This document shows positions 33,871 through 46,758 of a DNA stretch of 64,000 nt, one piece after another. The notes below the pieces were generated by a model that saw nothing but the letters and a program-made list of their open reading frames with translations, was not told where the DNA came from and did no database searches. The DNA is taken from the NCBI GenBank assembly GCA_001662655.1, contig KV460258.1. The stretch is one strand, 5' to 3'. Position numbers and translations under genes: made by a program. Position 1 is the stretch's first letter, and every line of letters starts with the position of its first letter. The stretch comes from Pseudogymnoascus verrucosus (Eukaryota).

Positions 33871-36800
33871 CTACTTCCTACCCTGGATACTATTCTCCAA
33901 CTTCCTCAACATACTCTGCAACCCCACGCCCCTCTCACAATTCTCCCCCACCCACCCCTCCATCCTCTCCCTCACCCCCCTCAACCCCCTCAACACCGGC
34001 ATTTTCCCCCCCTCCTCCCCCTCCACATGCGCCGTCGGATTCAACAACAAATCAAAACAATCCCCCCAAATCTCCCCCTGCCAATACCTCTTCATCCCTT
34101 CCCTACACCTCCACCTCTTCCCCGCCCCCTGCCCCGGCAGCGCCGCCCTCGCATCCGCAACCGTCTCCATGTACCGCCCAAAGAGCATACTGTGCAGGAT
34201 CCCCGCGAGGCCATGATAGTCAATCTGGTACGTCCACGGCCTCAGCTCGCGCATCTCCGCACAGTCTTGTGGTCCCGTCTTCCAGTCCGCGATGAACTGC
34301 ACGTCGGGGCGGAAAACTTTCATGTCCACGCCGCGCCCGAAATCAATCAGCGCGACGCCCTGCTCCGACCACCCCGCTGACCCATCAGCAGCGTACTGCG
34401 TGCTCCAGCCCGCCCCGCCCGCGCCGAGTCGCACGAGCACATTATCTGCCTTGAGATCGCCGTGCAGAATCCCGTTCTTGTGCAGCGCCTCGACGGTACG
34501 GATAAGTTCAATAGCAAAGAACATAGCGAGGAGCTCATCCATCACGCCGCCTGCCTGCTGGCTGTCTGCGCGCGCGATGTTGACCAGATCGAGGAGCGTG
34601 CCTTGGTCGCGGTACGTCTCGATGAGGTAGCATTCGTCGCGGTAGAGGTGGAATTCGTGTGCGTGGATGAGAGAGTCGGCTGCGCGGGAGACGCCGAGGC
34701 GGCGCGAGGCTTGGCGCATGATGTAGAATTCCCACGCGGTGGGGGGGTCTTCCATTTTGAGCGCTTCGAGGGGTTGGCGGTGGTGCAGGGAGAAGGCGCC
34801 GCGGCCCATGATGGGAGCGTTGGAGTTGGTCTCGGTGGTGTCGTCCGAGTCCGAGACAGTTTCGATGAGGTAGACGGGTGCGAAGGCGCCGGCGCCTAAC
34901 TCGCGCTTGACCATGTATTCCCTTTCTACGCCGGGGAAGCGCAGCATGGGGGGCATGGCGATGTTTGTGGTGGTCTTTTCGCTGGCGTTTTTCTTCATCT
35001 TTGCTACGGCTTTGGCGAACTTCTTTAGCTCTGCAGATTTGCCGTGAGTCTCTTCTGAGTGGTCAAAGTAACCGTCGTACGTTGTCAACGGAGGTTGCAG
35101 GGCAGCAAAGATTTGGGTTCGTGTATAGTCATCGACGGGGTTACATTGCTGGTCTTGGATTATGGGCCCCTTGGTCACGATATCCCTTGAGAAAGCTGCT
35201 CCATTCGTAGTTGGCTTGGTTGATGGGACCGCCTTGTTTTTGGTTACGACACCTAGAGCCGGAGGCGGGATTTTCTCAGTGAGAGGCAATGGCTCATCGA
35301 CAACCTCCTGGAATGGACTTGAATCGAGCCTATCGTTGCTGCGGAAGATGGAAGAAGCCTGTTGACCATTCGCTTTAGACGGAGTTTTGGAGATAAACTC
35401 TTCCTTCTCAGCACGTGCCGTGAAGGCACCGAGAGATGACTCGGTCTTCTCGGCAATAGGAGTCATGAAAGGTAATCGGTTTTGAGATACTTGAGATGCA
35501 TCGCGGAATGGTCGTGTGGGTGCTACATAGTCTTCCGGTGGTATGGGGACGAACATTGTCCGAACGGCTGACTCTGGGTGTTCAGGGGATATGGGAGTGG
35601 AGACTTCTTCTTGCTCAAATGCTTCATCTTCGTCGTCATGAGACGTCGAGTCGGCTTCTCGACTGGATTCGAGAATAGCATCGTCGTGGTCTTGACTAGA
35701 CTCAAGAATGGCATCATCGTGGTCTTGGCTAGACTCGACAATGGAATCGTCGTGGTCATCCTCGGAGAGATGAGATGCTCGCGTATCATCATCATCGTCA
35801 TCCTCGTCTTCCATACCAGGGATGTGCTTCCTGGCCGTAAACTCCGACCATTCACTCACACTCTTGACATCTGATGTATCTTCTGCAGCAACCTCGCTCT
35901 TGGTATATGTAGTCTCGTCATCGCCAGCTTCACTGGTAGTCACAAGCCGTCCAGTACCGGTGCTCTCTGCCTCAGTCGTATATTCGTCATCCGTCTCATC
36001 ATCCTCGCTTTCGCTTTCCGACTCCTCCTCTTCTTCAGACACCTCCTCCGACTGAAGTGGCTGGTTAAATAGCTCGTATATGTCGTCAGTGGCCGCCTTG
36101 GTATGGAAAGTCATGGTGGGTTCTGCGTTGGCCCTCCGCTTGACCTTCTTCGCAGCAGTAGGAGACGAGAGCTTGGTTTTGACTAGCCACCTTATTAGCC
36201 AAAGACAAATGGATGGGAATATAGTACTCACTAATTTGCGTTTCGTTGACTTCCATAGTCTTTATCCTCCTACCTCTGCCATGTTTCGGTGGCTCTATGG
36301 CCACGCCATTCTCATCCACCATAGGCGGATCTCTCGCTATCACCAACTTCTCCTGGAAAGATCTGTCCAAAGAAGGTTCTTGCTTCGGGAGCATCTCTTC
36401 AACACCGACGAAGACATCAAACCTCTCATTTTCCTGATCGACCACCACATGACTAACCTCTGGCTCCCAATTCATGTCGAGCCAGCCCTTCTCCGCAGCC
36501 ATTAATTCCTCAGAGCACCGCTCACTTCCGACTATCTCGGGCGTGGGGTACATCGCCTCGAGATCAGCAAAAATACGTTCACTCCTGCCTTTAGCATTAA
36601 TAGTCACCTGCTCCTTCACCGCAATGATTGAATTTGAATGCGCCTCGGAACTTGATATTTGAGGTTTGGAAATTGGTATAGACTGAAATTACAAAACGCC
36701 ACAACAGCCAAATTATTAGTCCTATGATCATCAACATGTGACAGATATGGGAGTTGAGAAAATGATTATCTTACCTGGTCTTTGAAAACCGCCATCTTGG

Positions 36801-37764
36801 GCGCAGTGCTCTTCTTGGCACCTGCCTTCATTGTCTCCCCCGCCCACGGCTTTGCCTCTACCACATTCTCCTTCCTCCTCTCTGCCAGGGAGCCAATCGA
36901 GTCCCAGCCCTTGGCACCACTCCCACCAACTACCGGCGCCGGTTCATCTGCATCCGAGAACACCGCCAATTTCGGGCGGCCATTCCGCGATGTCTGCGAG
37001 CCACCAACTCCCGAATTCGGGCGGGGTGCTTGTGGGTCCGCCGGCGGTGCCGCAGCAGACGCATACGGATCAATCTTCGCCGCCAGCGCTGGACGCACAG
37101 TCGGCAGCGCCGGCGAAGAAGGCGCACGGCTTTCCTCCGGCTGTGCCGCAAACCGCTGCTGGAACTCATTATACTTCCTCAGCAACCTTGGCGCCGGCCT
37201 AGCATCCTTCTCTATCCCCATATTATACACCTCCTCAGCCTGCGTCCAGCGCCCTGCAGTCTCCAGCCACGCCGCGAACTCCTCGTAGAACAGAGCCAGC
37301 CCGTCGCCGACACCATGGCGGGACAGGAACGCGTATGTCTCGCGCGGGCTATCGGAAAAGAAGCGGATGTACGACAGCCACAGCTTCAGGTAGCGCGGGT
37401 CATTCTTGTACTGTGGGGAGGAGAGGAAGGCCTTGGTGGCCGCCTCGAGCAGCGGGAGCAACTGTGACTGCGGCGTCGCTTGCGCGGAAGGGTACGCGTC
37501 CATGGTCCATCGCACGTAGCGGTCGTAGATGTCTAGAGGGTCATCGGACTCGGCGAGGAGTTCAAGCTCGGCTTCAAAGTCGGCGCGCACGGCGTCGTTG
37601 ACGTTTTTGGTGTCGGAGGGGTTGGGTGTAGCGAGGGGTTGGAGGGGGGAGGCGGAGAAGAGGTTTGCGAGGGCGCGGGCGGAGCGGCCGCTGGGGATGG
37701 CTTGGATATTTTCTTTTTGCGCTTCGATGATGTCAAAGTTGATTAGGTCGTCGGAAGCCGACAT
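33871..37764 (-). CDS. BUB1: Spindle checkpoint kinase Bub1 (Mad3/Bub1-type with KEN box, TPR domain and kinase)
   Basis: IEAQKENIQAIPSGRSA, ESDDPLDIYDRYVRW, YKNDPRYLKLW, GLEBS-like SEELMA, EPTMTFHTKAATDDIYELFNQP; kinase LGAGAFAPVY, HGDLKADN, LIDFGRGVDM, WTYQIDY; introns ~36685-36774 and ~36185-36231. Confidence 0.95.
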
Positions 37765-38437
37765 CTTGGTGGATTTGTCGTGTCGTCCAGGTAGTCGTTG
37801 TTTGTCGTCCTTGGTGTTGCGAATTTAGATGGTGGGATGGCATCGATGTTTATGTTTCCCTATGTTGCTTGTTGCCTGGTCAACAACATCTCCACATAAG
37901 TATTGGCTTGTCACTACCCATCATCAATTTTGGAAACCACGGCGGTTGGATGACATTTTAGTTAACGGTGCAGTACTGCAGCCCAAATGTCTGAAGAGGG
38001 ACATGTATGGCTCAGGATTAATATCAGTAGTTTAGACCCATAAAATTTATCTTTGCAATTCCGTATGTGAGTAACTGGGTTCTTGAATATGGCCTTTAGT
38101 GACTGAACGCCTTTACTTAAACAGCAGATGCTATAAAACTGTTACGTATGGCCAATCTACATAGTTTTGGGCGACACGAGGATCTGAGTGACCCTGCCTG
38201 ATTTACTGGAGACTGAAACAAGGGATTTAAGACATAGGACATATGTAGCATATATTCTCTGAAGAATCCTGTACGCAACATGCTTTGCTACAACCTTAAC
38301 TCCCCCAAAAAGCACCCCATATCGAAAAACTCCTCCGGTGCAGACCTCTTGAACCTCCTAGCTACCACTCAAGATCCATTCTATCGTTGTTACAATAATA
38401 TGTACTACCCCACGATTTCCCCCTCACACCTCAGTAC

Positions 38438-40936
38438 CTACACAATCCGTCTCTCCTTCAACTCGAACCACCCATTCAACAAAATAGCTATAAACACACA
38501 CCCACAGAGCACACTTGGTCCCCAACTATCATGGTACTGGACCGCCTTTCTCTCCCTAATAGCCTGCGCACGATACAAGTAGATCGCCACGGAATACAAC
38601 AACGATGCGACGGCTACAAGCGTGAACGCGCCGGCGGCGACGAAGGACATGCTGTTTAATTTCGCGTCGAAATTGAGTAATGTAACGGCAATAGTTCCAA
38701 TGTAAATAGAGAATTCAAGCTAGAGAGGTTAGCATGGTCGGGCATAGAACGAGGGGTTATATGGAATGGCTTACCCAGCCTAAGAACGTCCTCTCGGCGG
38801 CAAAGTAGACCTTCGGCTCTACCCTGACGGGGACGTGAATCTTCTTCCCCTTCGGCGCCTTGAACATCCGCTCGGTCACAGTCTGGCCAAGTCTGTTTTG
38901 TATCGCGTTGTCCATCGAGATATCAGGCCTTGCCACCAACTTCTTCACGAATTTGGCCGTGTTGTCGCGTACAGCCCGAGCTTCATGCCTCAACAACGAA
39001 GAGTAGTATGGCCAGCCACCAACACGTCTTGCCTCTTCAAGATCATTTGGCCCATCCTCATCGTCGGATTCATAGATAACATAGGCATCCGTTAAGGGGC
39101 GGTTGGCAATCTGCTCCTCGTCATCGAGTGTATTACCAGTCGACATCTGGGCTCTCCTTCGGAGGTCTTGCTGCTCCAAAACATTCCGTGCCTCAAGCAT
39201 ATGACGCACAGTTTCCTCGGAGTTGTCATCCCGGACGGTGGAATCCTGTGATGCATGCCCAAATTCATGTCCATCCTCGTCATCAGATTCATCGTCTTGG
39301 TCGTCGTCGCTCGTTGACGAGTTTGCGGACTGGCCTGGTCTGCGAATACCGAAATGGTGGGTGACTGGCTTTCGGATATCAACGTCCATCTGCGGCATCC
39401 AGAACGGAAGCAGGTTGATGCGCGTTGGGAAAAGCGTTGCCGTTCCGTGAATGAATTTCGAGAATTTCGGAACAGCTTCGACCAGATGGCTCGAAATCAG
39501 TTCGCGCACCCATCCAGGAGGCTCCTGACCGCTTTGTGTCTGTAGCTTGACTTCCAAGACCGCATATGGAAAGCGCTCAACGTCTTCGGAAGGCAATTGT
39601 GAGAACGGCCAGTCGATACCAATATCCATTCTCCTCCAGTTGTTGCCCGATCGTTTCCTGCCGTCCATATTATCCTCTCGGACCATTGTCAACTCCGTGT
39701 CCAGCGAAATACGCACACGAGCATCGGCAGGCAACTGGAAGGCCGTACGGTTATAAAACGAACGACAGACAGGAACGTAACCCTTCTTCAGCACAGAGTA
39801 CTGGATTTCCTTGGCGAGCCGCTCGTCCTCCGCAATTACTTTCTCTGGCTTCTTACCATCCTTCCTAGCCTTTTCAAATATGGCTGGCGGAAGTAATTCA
39901 CCTTTCATGTACGCGTTAACGTTCTTTTCCTTCATGGCAAATCTAGCCTTGACAGACTTCTCGCCAGTCCAGTCTTCGCGATGGGTCTTCCTTTCCACGA
40001 ATATCGTCTCTGTAGCCATTCCACCATACCATCTGAGACGGATGGCCTCCGCGCCTTCAGTCTTCTTTAGACGTCCTTCGTAAAGATCCCATGATTCTGG
40101 GTTGTCGTAATAGATCGATGTAATGGCGGAGTCCTCCTTGTCAAATTCCTTGCCGGCATTAAATACCAGTACTGGGAGATGCTTAAGAATAATGAGCTTC
40201 AGTTCCGTAATATTGTCCGGATGAACCCAGTATTTCGTCGTGTTACGGATAAAGCTTGCTTGACTCCCACCAGCAGCGCTGTCTCCCTTGACTGGGTTTC
40301 CTCTCGTTCTTACGATATCGTAGAGCTTCGAGAGTTTAACAATGTCGGCATCGTAGTTGTCGGTAAAAAACGGCTTCGCTTTCAACTGAGTGGCGAAGGC
40401 CGGCTTAAGGTGCCATCCTGTTTGTTTCTACGCTCAACTGTTAGCTTGGCTCCAATTTCTCCCAACACCGCATTAGCACTTACATCATGTTTCTTGATGA
40501 TCTTCTGGAAGCCGGTATAATTAAGCTGGACAAACTTGGCAAGGTCATGCACATCGGCAATAATATCGCTCAAGTCCTCCTCCAGCAGCATGAACTCTTC
40601 TTCTGTCGGTGCATCTGAGTGGCCCTCGGCTGTTACTGGTCCTTGGTTGTCGAGTCTGGCCACGACCTCAGTGACCTCACGCTCACTGGCGGCAATGCGT
40701 CGGCCAATCTCATTGGCCTTGACCCTCTGTTTTGTGTGTACCTTCTCCAGCTCAAGGTAGAGAGTGGTTATGAACTCCTCCTCGTTCTCTGTAGTCCATT
40801 CTACCCGCTTTCCTTTCCCGCCATCGGTCGATGGAGAGGTGTCGGTCTTCAATTGCGCCTTGAGGCCGTCATAGTCTATGTAGTACCACTGGTATTCCCT
40901 GATCACGCTCGTGCGGAGCTGCTCGCCGAACTTCAT
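38438..40936 (-). CDS. VTC4: Vacuolar transporter chaperone 4 (polyphosphate polymerase)
   Basis: SPX domain MKFGEQL...[25 protein letters not shown] domain [52 protein letters not shown]202 [15 protein letters not shown] with 3 TM helices. Confidence 0.96.
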
Positions 40937-42115
40937 GACGATGAGGCCTGGCCGAAAGTTGTAGCCTCCCTGGCGCCTGTTCGATACCCACTTGGAAGAC
41001 TTGTTCTGGAGGTCGTGTACAATCAGCATGTGGAATCCACGGTATGTATAAGGACCATCTGGAGTGGAATTGCGTCAGAAGTGCGAGAGTTCATGAACGT
41101 TTGCTTTTGCTCGCTCGTGGGGGTGGGGGTCATAATGAGCACCGAGACAAGAGTGGAGTGTGGGCACGGATCAGAAACGAGCAAGGGAATAATATAGCAC
41201 ATACATCGAGCTTTCACAGCATTGATTGTGCCTTATAGTACGACAATCACCCCTCTTTGTAAGGGACAGAGTAAATGGAGCAGAAATAAATAAATAGTGC
41301 CTCCAACCAATGTGTGGAGTCGTACATAGAACGAGATCGGCCTTGGATATCGAAGCGTAGTGAGGAGCAGTGAACCACAGTAAACCAAGCTTCCTGTCAT
41401 CATTCCCACGTCAATAGCTATCGCATTGGCCAATAGAAATTCTCCCTCCGAAAACGTGGTGAGACCCTGGATTAATAGTGCCTCCGATCTCCGGATTCTA
41501 ATGGTCTAGACACACAGAAAAGCCTGATAGCCTGTTACTGCCTTTACTAACAAATATATAACACTATGAACCTCTAAAATACTACTCTGATATTATTTCA
41601 ATATTATTATTCCTTTTTCTGCGACCTTTATATCCTCAAAACGCTAGGTTTGATCTGTTCATATCGTTATTGTCCATGGCAAGCTTCCGGAACAGGTTTA
41701 GTGCCATTTATTCATAGTCAGCAGTTTGACAGGCCCATTCTCAGTCTAGTCACATGACCTTCCATAGCTCTTTGCTCAGTGGAACGTCCACCTCTTCCTC
41801 CACATCTCTTAGCAGTCATATTACAACATCCACCAGATCTCTGTATCATATTTTTTTCTGTGTGCACTGTTTTCAGCGTCTTTATCTTCTAGTAACTTGC
41901 CTCATTTTCCAGCTCTCGTTTGGACTCTGTGACCACATCACTAGTGGTATACATGCGAAGTTACCCCGCGCAGCTTGTGAGCTATTATCAATCGCAAGTA
42001 CAGTGCTTGAACGTGAGCAATTCATGAAGATTCATGAATTCCACATAAATCCGAGTCATCTGTATCTTGAACACCCATCGCTGGGTTGTTGAATTTTCTC
42101 TATCAATTCGTCGTC

Positions 42116-44972
42116 ATGTATCCAACACGTCTGTGTCGGCTGGGAGCTCTCCGGCCAAACCTGGCAAAACACACCGAGAATCTGTTGACATATCGCCCTT
42201 TCTCTACCAGAGCGCAATGGAATGACCAGACTCCTACCAGATCACAAAGGGGTGACCAGAACGCGCCAAGGAAAAGCCAGAAAAGAGCTTCTGCCAACTC
42301 CAAAATCTTCAAGGTCTCAGATGAGGTTCGGGAAGCCATCGAAACTGGCAAGCCAGTCGTGGCACTGGAGACCACTATTTACACCCATGGCTTTCCCTAT
42401 CCAGACAATGTAGCGCTGGCAACCCACCTAGAGTCCGTTGTGAGGCATAACGGAGGGATACCAGCAACAATCGGGGTTTTAAACGGAGTTGCCAGAGTTG
42501 GTCTCAGTGAGGAAGAGCTAACAGAGCTTGTTAACCCATCGAGCAAGACCGAGCTCATGAAAGTCTCCAGGAGAGATTTGCCTTTCATTGCGGGACTTGT
42601 AAGCCACTAATGAATTTACTGGCCTTTCAAGAACTAACATACGCACAGGGACTAACAGGGAGGAAGATAAATGGTGGTACTACAATCGCAGGCACAATGC
42701 TCCTTGCGGAACTAGCAAATATCTCCGTCTTTGGAACAGGGGGCCTTGGAGGAGTTCACCGTGGTGGAGAGAACACCATGGACGTATCTGCAGACCTCCA
42801 AGAGCTCGGTCGAACAAACGTCACAGTTGTTAGCAGTGGCTGCAAGAGCTTCCTTGACATTCCGCGCACCTTGGAGTATTTAGAAACGCAGGGCGTCTGC
42901 GTCGCTACGTTTGCAGATGGCCGAAAAGGTGACATAGATTTCCCAGCGTTTTGGACACGTGAAAGCGGTGTTCGGAGTCCAATGGTTATCGAAAATGCGG
43001 AAGAAGCTGCCGCGATCATACGTGAGTGTTCTCTTTTCTCGTTTCGGTGAAATAACATCTGACTGAGCATTTAGACGCGTCGGAATTGTTCCGTGCCAAC
43101 GGCATGCTGTTTGCAAACCCTATCCCTAAAGAGTGGGCGCTGGAAAAATCCAAAATAGACCAGGCTATCGAAGCTGCTGTTGCGGAGGCAGCCGAAAAGG
43201 GGTTCCACGGCCACAGAAACACGCCCTTCATTCTGTCTCGCATCAAGGAGCTTACTGAAGGAAAGAGTGTGCCTGCGAACAGAGCCTTGGTCGAGTCCAA
43301 TGTGGCTATAGCTACAGGGGTTGCTGCTGAGCTTGCAAAGCTAAGAAATGCCGAGTCACACACGTGAGATTATTCTTCCATAGATTTCAGTAGGGATAGC
43401 GATTAATCAAGTCGTAGATCTGTATTGCACACTCCCGTCATATCTCCCGATGAATTTCGATACACTAAAGAAGCCGCGTTGTATGGGGTGGAAGTCGAAT
43501 CCCCAGAGACAACTCTTAGAGCTCCGACGCCAGAGCCAGTCCAAACGAGCCCCAAAGTTCCAAAGCCCGCTTCACCACAAGAGAAGGTAGACATACTTGT
43601 AGCGGGAGCTGTTGCTGTGGACGTATCGTGCAACTACAAACCATTCGACAAGACCGCTGACTCGCAACCCCTGATACACACATCTAACCCTGCTTCTATA
43701 ACAGAAACCACAGGAGGAGTGGGTTTCAACGTCGCCACAGCAGCCCAGTATGCCAGCAAGACCAATTCTGTGCAGCTATGCAGCCTCATAGCTACGGACA
43801 CTGCAGGCCAACTCGCGCTCTCGACAATGAATGAGTTCGGCCTTAGAAGCGACGGAATCACTACACTCACGGCGGATGCAAACACGAAGACCGCAAAGTA
43901 TGTGGCAGTCAACACCACAGGAAACGACTTATTCGTCGCTATGGCAGATATGGACATTCTTGGCGGTGCACGCGATGACTTCCAAATACAATGGCAGAGT
44001 AAGCTCGATGCTGCGAAGCCGAAGTGGGTTGTCGTCGACGCAAACTGGCACCCATCTGCATTCAAACAATGGATTACTGCGGCCAGCGCAGCTGGAGCCA
44101 AAGTGGCCTTCGAGCCTGTCTCAACAGCCAAGTCACAGGTTCTCTTTCCCGAACCATCAACTGCAGGGTAAGTCCTGACCCATGCTCTCACCAGCCTCAT
44201 CCACTTTACGGCCCTTTTTCCTTGCCCAATAATCGTGCACAATCTAACAATACCAGCCTCCCCCTCCCAGTCTTCCCCAAGAATGCAATCAACCTTGCAA
44301 CCCCAAACACCCTCGAACTAACCGCTCTCCACTCCGCCGCTCGTGATCGCTCCTACCTCGAGCGCCAAGACTGGTGGGAGGTCGTCGACGCCCTCGGCAT
44401 TCCCAGCAGCGGCGCCCGCGACCGCTTCGTGCAGCTAACATCGCGTGCTCTCGTTGACGCTGGCGTGCCGCAGATGACTGTCCAGTTACTGCCATTCATT
44501 CCTTCGATTGTTACTAAACTCGGTAGCGGAGGTAAGAGCCCCTCCTCCCATCATTTTTCCACATCCTTGCACGTATCATAGTGGATAGTGGCAATATAAC
44601 TAACACCTCCCAGGCTGCCTACTAACCGAACTCCTCACCCCCGACTCCCCCAAACTCACAGCCCCTGAACATGCGCCCTACGTGCTCGCGAGGAGCAACA
44701 ACGGCACCGACTTCGTCGGCGGCGTGTATATGCGGCATTTCCCCGCCGAGGCGTTAGGTGTCGGTGGCGTTAGCAGCGTCAATGGAGCTGGGGACACGTT
44801 TTTGGGTGTCTTGGTTGCTGGGCTTGCGGAAGGAGTAGAGCTCGACGAGGCGCTGGTGGGTATAGCGCAGAGAGCGTCGGTATTGACTTTGGGTGATGCA
44901 GCGTCGGTAAGTCCGTTGTTAAAGACGGTAACGAGGGGGGAGTTGGAGGGGTTGGCAGGGAGAAGTGTATGA
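42116..44972 (+). CDS. Bifunctional pseudouridine-5'-phosphate glycosidase (IndA/PsuG) fused to a PfkB-family pseudouridine kinase
   Basis: PVVALETTIYTHGFPYPDN, KVSRRD, GGTTIAGTM, FGTGGLGGVHRG, DVSADL, GCKSFLDI, NTPFIL; kinase half GGVGFNVA, VVVDAN, FEPVS, TPNTLEL, VNGAGDTFLG; several introns. Confidence 0.93.
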
Positions 44973-45064
44973 GAAGGAAGGAATTGGGCGTGTAGATAAA
45001 TAAATAGTGATACTCAAATATAAACAATCTAAGGAATATCTGTTACTCAGCCTATCATCGTCTT

Positions 45065-46159
45065 ATGGGGCCTACTGAGTTATGTACGGATCATTCCCAG
45101 CTACAGTACCAATGGCAAGAGGGCGTTGAGAATGTCGAAGGCTATTGTCGCGGCGGCTACCACCCAACTCATATTGGCGATCAGTACTGTGACGGCCGCT
45201 ATCATGTCGTCCACAAACTGGGTCATGGGACTTACTCGACCGTGTGGCTTGCTAGAGATAACCTGGAAGTTTCCACCTAATGTTGCGAGGGCTGTATCCG
45301 CGCAGGCTCTTCTGGGATTGGATTACATTCACTCCTGTGGCGTAGTACACGCAGGTAAGTCTAAACAATCAGTTTATTTTAAGCGCACTAACTGTTATGA
45401 AACAGATCTGCACTCTAACAATGTCTTGTTCAAATCCCCAAGTTTTACTTGGTGCAGCATTGATGAGCTGTACTCTCGTGTAGGGAACCTCAGAAGCTGC
45501 CCGTAGAACGTCTCGATGAGAATCCCAATGGGCCAGAGGTCCCAGAATATTGCGTTCCACCGGCCTTTATCTTTGAGTCGAGCGAAGAGATTTTGGACAG
45601 CCAAATCATCATTGCAGACTTCGGCGAGGCATTCTTCCAAAATGAGAAACGGAGAGAACTACATGCACCGGAGCTTCTCCTCCCTCCTGAAACATTTTCT
45701 GATGATTATGCAGGCCCAGCAATCGATGTATGGATGCTCGGTTGCACTCTTTATGAGATCCTTGGTGAACGTCCCCTATTTGACGGATTCATGCCAGACA
45801 AAGACCATATGCTCGCTGAGATGGTCAGTACCCTAGGAGAGCTCCCCAAACGCTGGTGGAGTTTGTGGGAGCACAAGACAGACTTCTTCTTAGAGGATGG
45901 GTCGTGGAAGAAAGATACGCATCGCAGTCGCTCACCATACTCGAGACCGCTAATCGAGCGATTGCGTATTATGGGACGGTGGGAGGACCCTGAGATCTGT
46001 GAGTTCAGCCGGGAAGAAATGGCATCTCTTGAAAAGCTTCTAAAGCAAATGCTGGCTTATGAGCCTTCTGGGCGTATTACTACGGGTGCTGTGGTTGAAT
46101 CAGAGTAGATGAAAGGATGGGGGAGGCCCGCGATGGTTGAGACAGGCGTTATTAATTGA
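45065..46159 (+). pseudogene. SRPK-like kinase pseudogene
   Basis: YCRGGYHPTHIGD...HKLGHGTYSTVWLARD jumps with a frameshift to ARAVSAQALLGLDYIHSCGVVH, so subdomains II-V are missing. There is a second frameshift near 45484 and a TAG at 46106 in ESE*MKGW. Confidence 0.9.
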
Positions 46160-46758
46160 CAAATCTTCTTAAAAACAAAGTGTCAGAACTGATGTCACAT
46201 ATGCTAATCAGATTTCATATAAAATGTATGGCATTGGTATTCAGAACCAGAGCAATATTTAACTGCATCTACTCCCGCGCCTCTTAGTTTGCCTCCTCCA
46301 GTAATTAATAACATTTATTTTCCTTATAGTTACTATAAGCAGTACCATCACGGATAGTCCCTCTCCAGATTTTTAGGCGGCTTGTTTAGAATTGCAATTA
46401 GATGTTTTGTTAATAATTGATTTCTATCACAAACTACCCGTACGATGGACTATTCAAGGGTGCTACACCATGCCACCCATCAGTCATATATATGCTTCGA
46501 CAATCAACTGGCTAGGTGTGCTAGTCTCTGTTAGTTTCTAATACTAACACTATAACATATCTTTTAGACCCTATTCTACCACTAATTTATAATTTAAATA
46601 GATATATTTATAAATATAGTTGCCTCACTATTAATTATCACACGCTACTAAACCACACCATACCATCTACACCACGCCTCGCCACTCTGCCATAGTATTG
46701 CCATAGCTACTCTACAATCGCAATCACAAGTTGAGACCCAGGACGCTATAAATTCAAT

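Noticed and set aside
46106..46108. TAG at a probable Trp codon as an editing-corrected stop
   Set aside because: The same gene has a large internal deletion and frameshifts, so editing could not restore it.
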